Positions 6,728 to 13,172 of a stretch of DNA of 13,172 nucleotides are shown here, in pieces (the first letter of the stretch is position 1; each line of letters begins with the position of its first letter). Origin of the DNA: Thermoproteota archaeon (GTDB lineage: Archaea > Thermoproteota > Thermoprotei > Thermofilales > B9-G17); contig JAPDJW010000006.1 in NCBI GenBank assembly GCA_029258885.1, positions 1 to 13,172 of the forward strand. Direction: 5' to 3'. The notes under the pieces are model-generated. The model did no database searches, had not been told where the DNA came from, and was given only the letters and a program-made list of their open reading frames with translations. Made by a program: the position numbers and the translations under genes.

Positions 6728-7945
6728 CTATTTTTTATAGAATTTTGCTACCTTCTTTACCGCCTTAGCTATATCTATGACGTGCTCATCGCTGAGGTAT
6801 GGTAGCGTTGGTAGGGTTATTACCCTCTCGCTAACCCATTCGGCGTTTGGGCATAGGCCTTTTTTATACTCTATATTTCTACCGTAGAATGGACAACTCC
6901 ATGGACAACCCTTCCCATGACCCGACTTGTTCATAAATAGCGGCTCTAGGTATAGTACGCTTGGATAAACTATATTTATCCATACGTTCTCAGCTCTTAC
7001 AGCCTTTACGAATTCATTCCTCGAAATTCTTATTTTATCTATATCAAGTATGACATTGTATAGATGCCATACATGTTTAACGTGTGGTCTTACAATCGGT
7101 AGAATTAACGTATCAACTCCCTCAAATTCATCCGTATAGATTTTAGCTATTTCCTCGCGCCTTCTATTTAACTCATCCAACCTCTTAAGCTGCTCGATTC
7201 CTAATGCAGCCTGTAGCTCGGTCATCCTATAGTTGTATCCGAGGAGTATGTAGCGGTACCATGATGGTTCACCGTGATGGCGTATGAGCTTAGCCTTCTC
7301 AGCGACTTCATCGTTGTTTGTCGTAACCATTCCTCCCTCACCTGTGGTTATGTTTTTACTTAGATAGAAGCTGAAAGTTCCAACATCACCTATTCCACCA
7401 ACCTTTACTCCTCTATATTCCGCCCCTATAGCCTGCGCACAGTCTTCGATAACCCTTAGATTGTGCTCCTCGGCTATCTTCTTGATCTCATCCATTTCAG
7501 CCGGATGACCGCATAAGTGGACTGCTATGATAGCCTTAGTTTTATCTGTTATTCTCTCGGCTATACTTTCAGGGGATATATTAAATGTATCTTTTTCTAT
7601 GTCAGCAAATACTGGTATGGCGTTTTGATGTAGTATCGAGGATGCTGAGGCTACGAAAGTAAATGGGGATGTGATTACCTCATCACCGGGTCCTATTCCC
7701 AATGCTCTTAAGGCAACATGAAGGGCTACTGTACCATTCATTACTGCTATGGAGTGCTTTACGCCTAGGTATTTCGAGAACTCCTCCTCAAATATCTTAG
7801 TCTTATTGCCCGTTAGAGAAGTTAGCTTTCCTGAGCGGAGGGTTTCGACGACAGCATTTATTTCCTCCTCGGTGAATACGGGGTATACTTCTATAGGCTT
7901 CTCCCTAACCGGCTTTCCTCCCTCTATAGCTGGTATATCCTCCAT
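6728..7945 (-). CDS. DegT/DnrJ/EryC1/StrS family aminotransferase (405 aa)
   Basis: NGTVALH, GDEVITSPFTFVAS, IEDCAQA, FSFYLSKNITTGEGGM (PLP lysine) and GYNYRMTELQAALG motifs. Confidence 0.95.
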   Translation of the reverse strand: MEDIPAIEGGKPVREKPIEVYPVFTEEEINAVVETLRSGKLTSLTGNKTKIFEEEFSKYLGVKHSIAVMNGTVALHVALRALGIGPGDEVITSPFTFVASASSILHQNAIPVFADIEKDTFNISPESIAERITDKTKAIIAVHLCGHPAEMDEIKKIAEEHNLRVIEDCAQAIGAEYRGVKVGGIGDVGTFSFYLSKNITTGEGGMVTTNNDEVAEKAKLIRHHGEPSWYRYILLGYNYRMTELQAALGIEQLKRLDELNRRREEIAKIYTDEFEGVDTLILPIVRPHVKHVWHLYNVILDIDKIRISRNEFVKAVRAENVWINIVYPSVLYLEPLFMNKSGHGKGCPWSCPFYGRNIEYKKGLCPNAEWVSERVITLPTLPYLSDEHVIDIAKAVKKVAKFYKK

Positions 7946-8016
7946 TCTTCATCCCAAGACCTTTTACTTGCATATATCATATTTTTGCTTTCTGATCTTT
8001 TTCCATAGCTGACAAA

Positions 8017-8030
8017 ATATAAGCTTATAT
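8017..8030. promoter_or_regulatory. 14-bp palindrome in the divergent DegT / Fe-S intergenic region
   Basis: ATATAAGCTTATAT, a perfect palindrome with TATA-like hexamers on both strands. Confidence 0.45.
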
Positions 8031-8066
8031 GAATTAAGGACCTACATATTACTATCCGGTGATAAC

Positions 8067-8924
8067 ATGGCTTATGTCATCCCAGTCTTCATTCTACTTA
8101 TGGTTTTTATGCACATTATTAAGGAAGATAAGCTTGTAAAGGAGTCAAGGCTTCAGAAATCGATACATAAGTTATACGCCGTATCTGAACCGCTTATACT
8201 TAAAACTCTTAATAAGATGATCTCATCCAACTTCATTAGAAATACAAGAGTCGGCAGAGGAATTCTTAAGGCTATAGCTAAAATGCTGTGGTTCCTTCCG
8301 CATGGTGTCGTCGTTGATTATGAGGGAGTTGAGAACCTTATTCGATGGATAGAGAAGCAGGGTGATACGCATATAGCTATAGGTCCATGCGTATGTAAGA
8401 AAGCTCTCGGAGTTAAGGAGGAGCCTTATGTAACCGATATGACCATATTCTATGGTGCGGAGATCTATAAGGAGATTGAGCCAGAGGAGTATAGGTATTT
8501 ATCTGCCGATGAAGCGTTAAAGCTGTTGAAAGAGTTTGAGAAAAGTGGACTAATTCATGAAATATACGCATGCTGTAACAGCGGGAAGTGGACGTTCGTT
8601 ATATGTAACTGTGATCCAAGATACTGTGTGCCTACTAAAGCCTACCTCCTCATAAGGGAGGGAGTGTATCCCGGACCTAAAAAGGCTGTAGTGGATGCCG
8701 ATAAATGTAAGGGGCTAGATGAGTGCGGTAAATGCATGGAAATATGCCCATTTAATGCCATTGAAAATAGGGATGGGAAATCCTATGTGAATGATAATTG
8801 TATGGGATGCGGTCTATGTATTGAAAGATGCCCTAGTAATGCAAGAAGACTAGTATGGAGGAAGGGGTACAAAAGCAAGATAATTCCTATAAAAATAATG
8901 TATCCGGATTTTTTTAAGTCTTAG
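8067..8924 (+). CDS. 2x[4Fe-4S] ferredoxin-domain protein with an additional Cys-rich domain and N-terminal hydrophobic anchor (285 aa)
   Basis: C-terminal CKGLDECGKCMEICP and CMGCGLCIERCP. Upstream cysteine motifs CVCKK, ACCNS and ICNCDPRYC. GGTGAT ribosome-binding site immediately before the ATG. Confidence 0.88.
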   Translation: MAYVIPVFILLMVFMHIIKEDKLVKESRLQKSIHKLYAVSEPLILKTLNKMISSNFIRNTRVGRGILKAIAKMLWFLPHGVVVDYEGVENLIRWIEKQGDTHIAIGPCVCKKALGVKEEPYVTDMTIFYGAEIYKEIEPEEYRYLSADEALKLLKEFEKSGLIHEIYACCNSGKWTFVICNCDPRYCVPTKAYLLIREGVYPGPKKAVVDADKCKGLDECGKCMEICPFNAIENRDGKSYVNDNCMGCGLCIERCPSNARRLVWRKGYKSKIIPIKIMYPDFFKS

Positions 8925-8929
8925 CTATT

Positions 8930-9079
8930 TTATCCCTTTATGAATCTGTACACTACTGTGCCGCAGTTCGGGCAGGTGCCTTTAACAGCCTTTCTACCGT
9001 TCTTTAGCGTTACTTCCTCCGGGTTTTGAATCTTTACTTTCTTTCTACATTTTACACAGAAACCCTCATACTCGGCCAT
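8930..9079 (-). CDS. Small basic zinc-ribbon protein, DUF5679-like (49 aa); absent from the ORF track
   Basis: Manual translation: MAEYEGFCVKCRKKVKIQNPEEVTLKNGRKAVKGTCPNCGTVVYRFIKG-stop. It has two CxxC pairs and the KNGR..KG.CP.CG pattern I recognise as DUF5679. A strong RBS, GAGGGTGAGG (9093-9084), precedes the ATG. Confidence 0.9.
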   Translation of the reverse strand: MAEYEGFCVKCRKKVKIQNPEEVTLKNGRKAVKGTCPNCGTVVYRFIKG

Positions 9080-9111
9080 TATGCCTCACCCTCAATACAT
9101 CTACGTAGTTC

Positions 9112-9125
9112 AGGTATATATACCT
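9112..9125 (-). promoter_or_regulatory. Palindromic TATA box or operator upstream of the 49-aa gene
   Basis: AGGTATATATACCT, a perfect 14-bp palindrome centred about 40 bp upstream of ATG 9079. An alternative TATA, TTTAAA, lies at 9140-9145. Confidence 0.5.
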
Positions 9126-9622
9126 TGCTGGATAAGAGCTTTAAATTGAGCCAAAATAGAATATTGTTTTGCAAAAAGTTCATCTTAATACGCCTTTACG
9201 ATGAAAATATATCATTAAAATACCAATAATTATAGAATCTCTTTTCTAGAAATTTTGAAGACATATCATGTAAGGAAAAAATAAAAATCTTTAAATTACA
9301 TAGTCTCATGTTATTAAAAATTTTTAAACGACATACATAGTAAGTATATAGTATCACATTACATGCAAAAATTTAAATCTATTGACAATATTTTAAACAC
9401 ATCAGCATTAAATGATGAAAATCTTGATGGTGCATTATTAGTTAAAAATTCATGTTGTATTCATCGAGATAAAAATCTACTTATCATTTACACAAATTAT
9501 TTTGACTATCTCGCCTTCTATTCTTTATTCTGATAGGAATTCTATTGGTCATTTAAATATATTTATATACGTATCGCTATTCTTCTAGCGCATACATTAT
9601 TAACTTGACACATATGTATAAG

Positions 9623-9799
9623 TTAGAAGTATGTTGTAGGTTTTTCTACTTTTATGGGGAATTCGTATCCGCATTTAGGACATTTTACATATTTACAGTC
9701 TCCTAACACGGCTAGGCTACAGCCTGCGCATGCTGTTGCTCTAGCGTATGATATATCAAATATAAAGCCACATTTCGGGCATCTTAATATTTTCCTCAT
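9623..9799 (-). CDS. Small seven-cysteine metal-binding protein (58 aa)
   Basis: MRKILRCPKCGFIFDISYARATACAGCSLAVLGDCKYVKCPKCGYEFPIKVEKPTTYF. The start is ATG 9799, with AGGTG (9810-9806) as RBS; the track's start at 9808 is the GTG inside that RBS. Confidence 0.85.
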   Translation of the reverse strand: MRKILRCPKCGFIFDISYARATACAGCSLAVLGDCKYVKCPKCGYEFPIKVEKPTTYF

Positions 9800-9942
9800 A
9801 TTGTGCACCTTTTCTAGTATGTTTTATATGCGTATGCTTAAATTGGTTTCTATTGATTTATTGCTTGCTAGAAAATTTTTTAAGTGGTTTTGTATTTACA
9901 TAAGGGAGCTGACCGTATTGCTGTTCCCGGGGTGACTGGGGA

Positions 9943-10203
9943 ATGAGGGGGCGTATTGTTGGTTTTAGGATGACTAGTGATGGTTACAGGAATGTTCAGA
10001 CTATCATTGAAATTGAGGGAGTTACTTCGAGAGGTAGAGCTGCAGTGTATTTGGGTAGGAAGGTTATCTGGAGGCATCCGAGAACTGGCACGGAGATTAG
10101 GGGGAAGATTGTTAGGCTTCATGGCAAGAAGGGTAGGGTTATTGCTAAGTTTAGGAGAGGACTTCCAGGGCAAGCATTGAAATCCTTTGTTGATATTCTT
10201 TAA
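9943..10203 (+). CDS. rpl35ae: 50S ribosomal protein L35Ae (86 aa)
   Basis: GRKVIW...GKIVRLHGKKGRVIAKFRRGLPGQAL matches the L35Ae signature (HG..G.V.A.F...LPGQA). GGTGA RBS at 9931-9935. Confidence 0.95.
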   Translation: MRGRIVGFRMTSDGYRNVQTIIEIEGVTSRGRAAVYLGRKVIWRHPRTGTEIRGKIVRLHGKKGRVIAKFRRGLPGQALKSFVDIL

Positions 10204-10310
10204 ACACTCTCTGTGTTCCGTTCCAGATTTCCTTTAATGGCATTATTTTGCTTCCCTCCTGCTCCAGCAAACAAGAATAATATATATGATAATGTTGTTT
10301 AGAATACCTG

Positions 10311-11837
10311 GTGTATGAGTTGTCGGTGCTTGTTTTGAAGCATGTTATTGATGAAGTTAAGCTTTATACTAATGCTGCTATCGTCTCTAGGAGTTTTGAG
10401 GTGGATCTTAAGAGTGGGGTTAGTGAGGTAATTGTCGATAACTTGGAGCCTGTCGTGGATCCTGATTCTATTAGGATTAAGTGCTCGGGCGGCGTTAAGG
10501 TTGTTGACGTTGAGTATCGTGTGTATGAGAAGAGGCTGGAGGATGTATTGAGGGATGAGGTTCTTAAGCTTAGGAGTAAGATTAAGGAGGTTGAGAAGGA
10601 GAAGTTGAAGTGTGAGAGCGAAGTTGATGGAGTTAAGAGTCTTATTGATGCTATTGATAAGAGCTACCTGACTTCCCTCTCATTTAGGTATTTGAGGGAG
10701 AGAAAGCTTGACCTGGATGATTTGCTTGAGATTAGGAGTAAGTATGTTGACAGGCTTACACTGTTGACTATGAGGATTAGGGAGTTGGAGGCTGAGCTTG
10801 CCAGTCTAAAGAGTAAGCTCGATGAAATATCAAAGGGGGAAACCGTTAAGGTTGGCGCCTTAAAGATTATTACTGAAGCTGATCAGGACGGAAAATATCT
10901 TTTCCTGTTAAGCTATAATGTTGGTAATGCGTTCTGGCGGCCTACCTACGACCTTGTTGTTGAGGGTAGCAAGCTGACGGTTAAGATGTATGCAAGGGTA
11001 GTTCAGGATACTGGCTGTGTTTGGGATAACGTCTCCCTAGCCATATCGAATCGTAGGATTGCTAGGGTTAGGAAGCCTGAACCTAGGCCTTGGTTTATTA
11101 GACCTATTGAGACTAAGAAGTTGTATTCCTTTAAGGCTGCTCCTAGGGCCGCTGCTCCCCGGGTAGAGGCCGCTGAAGCGGAACTTAAGGCTATCAAGGT
11201 TAAGGAGGCTTTTGAGGAGGCTATTGAGGTTCCTGGAGTATATTTGACTTATCATATTCCTGGTAAGGTTACTGTTGAGCCTGGTAGGCCCAAGGTTTTA
11301 CTGCTGGATAGATTGCAGTTTGACTGTGAGACAAAGTATGTTTGGGATGCTTTCCGTGAGACGAGCTTTATCGAAGTAGTTACATTTAAGAATGGAGATA
11401 CGGCGTTGGAGCCTGGCGAGTGTAGGATATTTGACGGTGAGACGTATATTGGTAGGACGCGCCTCAATAGAATTTTGCCTAAACAGGAGGTTGAGGTTGC
11501 TGTTAAGGTGGCTGATGGAATAGAGTGTAAACGTGACCTTATTAAACATGAAGAAATTAAGGGTGGTATTCTTAAAAATAAGGCTTTAATTGCTAGAGGA
11601 TATAGGCTTGAGATCATAAATCACTATGATAAGGAGATTAAGGTCGAGGTTTACGATAGGATTCCCGTATCTAAGCATCCTGAAGTTAAGGTTGAGCTTA
11701 CTAAGTGTGAGCCGAGGTATAGTGATTTAACTACGGGTATTTTAAAGTGGGAATTCTCATTAAAGCCTGATGAGAAGAGAGTTATCGAGTTCGAGTTTAA
11801 GGTAGAGCACCCATTAGATCTACATATTAGCATATAG
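10311..11837 (+). CDS. DUF4140/DUF4139 family protein (often annotated mucoidy inhibitor MuiA family), ~508 aa
   Basis: N-terminal IDEVKLYTNAAIVSR (DUF4140-like), a long coiled coil, LSYNVGNAFWRPTYDL, and C-terminal VYDRIPVS...TGILKWEFSLKPDEKR (DUF4139-like). GTG start about 27 bp after an AATATATAT TATA-like box; the exact start is uncertain. Confidence 0.88.
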   Translation: MYELSVLVLKHVIDEVKLYTNAAIVSRSFEVDLKSGVSEVIVDNLEPVVDPDSIRIKCSGGVKVVDVEYRVYEKRLEDVLRDEVLKLRSKIKEVEKEKLKCESEVDGVKSLIDAIDKSYLTSLSFRYLRERKLDLDDLLEIRSKYVDRLTLLTMRIRELEAELASLKSKLDEISKGETVKVGALKIITEADQDGKYLFLLSYNVGNAFWRPTYDLVVEGSKLTVKMYARVVQDTGCVWDNVSLAISNRRIARVRKPEPRPWFIRPIETKKLYSFKAAPRAAAPRVEAAEAELKAIKVKEAFEEAIEVPGVYLTYHIPGKVTVEPGRPKVLLLDRLQFDCETKYVWDAFRETSFIEVVTFKNGDTALEPGECRIFDGETYIGRTRLNRILPKQEVEVAVKVADGIECKRDLIKHEEIKGGILKNKALIARGYRLEIINHYDKEIKVEVYDRIPVSKHPEVKVELTKCEPRYSDLTTGILKWEFSLKPDEKRVIEFEFKVEHPLDLHISI

Positions 11838-11841
11838 TATG

Positions 11842-11859
11842 TTTTTTATTTCTCCTTTT
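11842..11859 (+). terminator. U-rich terminator after the DUF4139 gene
   Basis: TTTTTTATTTCTCCTTTT beginning 5 nt after the TAG at 11835-11837. Confidence 0.6.
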
Positions 11860-11900
11860 ACATTATAAAACACGTGTATAGTGGTAGAGAATACGTTATA

Positions 11901-12299
11901 ATGAGGCTTAGGCAGGCACTCTTCCACCTCGATAATGCCATTAATCTCCTGAAGAAAGCGGAGAACTTCTCGATACTTGATATTATTCTCCCATTCGGTC
12001 TCAGCATGATTCCCGATTTCTTCGAATACGATACGTATGGTAGGGCTATGGCTGAAGCACATATGACCTTCATGATACTTAGTGAATTAAGATATTACGC
12101 AGGGTTTGTTAATCTTGATATACCATATATTGATGACACCACGCCCCTCTGGATGCTTCTTGATATAGGCTTCGATAATATAATATTTGATCTACTACGG
12201 CATATGAAGATTAGCGAGGCTAGGAAGAAACTTGAGGATATTAGGAGGGGCATTATACAGGCTCTAAATAGCTTAAGTAGGGCTAGATTGACTCCGTAA
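11901..12299 (+). CDS. Hypothetical helical protein (132 aa from ATG 11901; 141 aa if GTG 11874 is used)
   Basis: Open frame with a protein-like amphipathic pattern. A strong TATA, TTATAAAA at 11863-11870, favours ATG 11901. It resembles an uncharacterised family with a LDI.FDNI..D motif that I recall from Firmicutes; this is not verified. Confidence 0.75.
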   Translation: MRLRQALFHLDNAINLLKKAENFSILDIILPFGLSMIPDFFEYDTYGRAMAEAHMTFMILSELRYYAGFVNLDIPYIDDTTPLWMLLDIGFDNIIFDLLRHMKISEARKKLEDIRRGIIQALNSLSRARLTP

Positions 12300-13170
12300 G
12301 CTTACTCCTATATGACTTTAGGATATAGTTGTTAGGATCAAGCATTATTTTTTTAGGTTTACTCGGACAAATTATTCTAGTTTCAACGCTGTCTCTACTT
12401 CCAATCCATACTCTCTTGTTAACTACGCCCTCCTTGCAGATCACCTGTATATCTAGAGGCATGGCGCCAGTACCCTTGTTCTGGATAAGGATATCTAGGT
12501 TATATTTCCCATTTTCCTTGAGGATTGCCAAGACATTGACGCTGTATATTGGAAGTGCGTTTCCTCTAATCCACTCCTCTATGAACCAGTCTATATTGAT
12601 GTTCGTTTTCTCGTATAATACGTTTAGGAAATCATCCAGAGTAATCTCTCTGCCTCCCTTTCTACGAATAAGCTCTCTAAGTACATCTATTAACGTTTCA
12701 AGTCCTAGGATGTATCTAAGCATGTGATAGATCCATGGCCCCTTCCCATGTCTTACAGGTTCCCACGAGTATCCAGCGTTCTCTATAGTTATGGTGGATA
12801 TCGGTGGCTCCTTTAGGGGGACGTAGTCCCTCGGGTAGTCGGGGTGCTTGCTCCAAGGATTTAGGTAGAGGCTTCTAGCCTCCTCCAGATACTTTACCGC
12901 GTGATTGTAGCCGTATATTTTTTCGACTACTAAGATGGAGCTGTAGTCAGCTATGCTTTCATTTAGCCATATACCTCCTGGAGTGAATGGACTTGCCCTT
13001 AGATACCAGCCCCACCATAGGTGGGATAACTCATGCGATAGTTTATATACGGCATCGACCTCCTCTAGAGTGGAGTATGTGAGGAAGTCTTCGTCGAAGA
13101 GTATTAGGTAGGGTGCGGAATATCCATGATATCCTTTAGGTAGTTCGGCTATAGTTATGGGTGAGAAGGG
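12283..13170 (-). CDS. M1-family (gluzincin) metallopeptidase-like protein, 3' part; start lies beyond the window end
   Basis: The frame of the track's 146-aa ORF stays open to the window edge: PFSPITIAELPKGYHGYSAPYLILFDEDFL...KLSHELSHLWWGWYLRASPFTPGGIWLNESIADY...RHGKGPWIYHMLRYILG. HELSH lies at 13035-13021 and the WLNE glutamate at 12960-12958. The C-terminus (LDPNNYIL) is typical of the family. Confidence 0.9.
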   Translation of the reverse strand, partial: PFSPITIAELPKGYHGYSAPYLILFDEDFLTYSTLEEVDAVYKLSHELSHLWWGWYLRASPFTPGGIWLNESIADYSSILVVEKIYGYNHAVKYLEEARSLYLNPWSKHPDYPRDYVPLKEPPISTITIENAGYSWEPVRHGKGPWIYHMLRYILGLETLIDVLRELIRRKGGREITLDDFLNVLYEKTNINIDWFIEEWIRGNALPIYSVNVLAILKENGKYNLDILIQNKGTGAMPLDIQVICKEGVVNKRVWIGSRDSVETRIICPSKPKKIMLDPNNYILKSYRSKLTESI

Positions 13171-13172
13171 TA

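Noticed and set aside
7973-8005. Short upstream ORF (MEKDQKAKI) on the minus strand before the DegT gene
   Set aside because: Nine codons with no RBS and no informative residue bias; expected by chance.
9363-9533. 56-codon plus-strand ORF (MQKFKSIDNILNTSAL...YSLF) in the AT-rich island
   Set aside because: No RBS, no correctly spaced TATA box, no recognisable motif, and AT-rich codons unlike neighbouring genes. It cannot be excluded without Ribo-seq or homologues.
9412-9533. Box C-like ATGATGA suggesting a C/D box sRNA
   Set aside because: The next CTGA is about 110 nt away, too far for a typical 50-60 nt archaeal guide, and no internal C'/D' pair is evident.
8067-9799. Fe-S protein plus the two small Cys proteins as a single metal-handling operon
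   Set aside because: The Fe-S gene is on the opposite strand, and the two small genes are 543 bp apart with separate RBS/promoter signals. Only proximity links them.
10215-10236. GTTCCGTTCCAGATTTCC resembling the start of an ORB origin element
   Set aside because: Single partial match lacking the GAAA and G-string, with no inverted partner and no cdc6/orc1 gene in the window.
274-12727. The remaining short ORFs in the track (e.g. 673-1257, 3855-4175, 9654-9935, 9880-10173, 9977-10180, 11252-11617, 12329-12727)
   Set aside because: All are antisense or alternate-frame shadows of well-supported genes, with Ser/Leu/Ile-rich composition typical of shadow frames and no motifs.
1-13172. CRISPR array, tRNA/rRNA, IS element or integrase
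   Set aside because: I saw no regularly spaced repeats, cloverleaf or rRNA-like GC-rich segment, transposase or recombinase motif, or paired terminal inverted repeats with target duplication.

Overview
Gene-dense archaeal chromosomal window. Inferred to be a thermophilic TACK/Thermoproteota-like archaeon from AGG/ATA-rich codon use, GGTGA-type ribosome-binding sites, TATA boxes about 27 bp upstream of leaderless starts, and ribosomal protein L35Ae. It is a mosaic of mostly single-gene transcription units in alternating orientation. In order: the tail of a membrane-anchored protein ending in RRRRG-P10, a zinc-ribbon multipass membrane protein, an AAA_14/DUF4143 ATPase, a CYTH enzyme, a threonine-synthase-like PLP enzyme, a membrane-domain/SpoIIM fusion, a DegT-type aminotransferase, a Cys-rich 2x[4Fe-4S] protein, a 49-aa DUF5679-like zinc protein missed by the ORF track, a 58-aa seven-Cys protein, rpl35ae, a DUF4140/DUF4139 protein, a hypothetical protein, and the 3' part of an M1-type metallopeptidase that runs past the window end. 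I found no rRNA, tRNA, CRISPR array or transposase. I cannot support a coherent new multi-gene system. The strongest unexplained signals are a perfect nested 38-bp palindrome centred on the ATPase TATA box, the two very small Cys-rich genes flanking a 529-bp stretch of about 24% GC, an M1 peptidase with its GAMEN motif and catalytic Tyr replaced, and the SpoIIM fusion. All family assignments come from motif recognition by eye, not from database searches.
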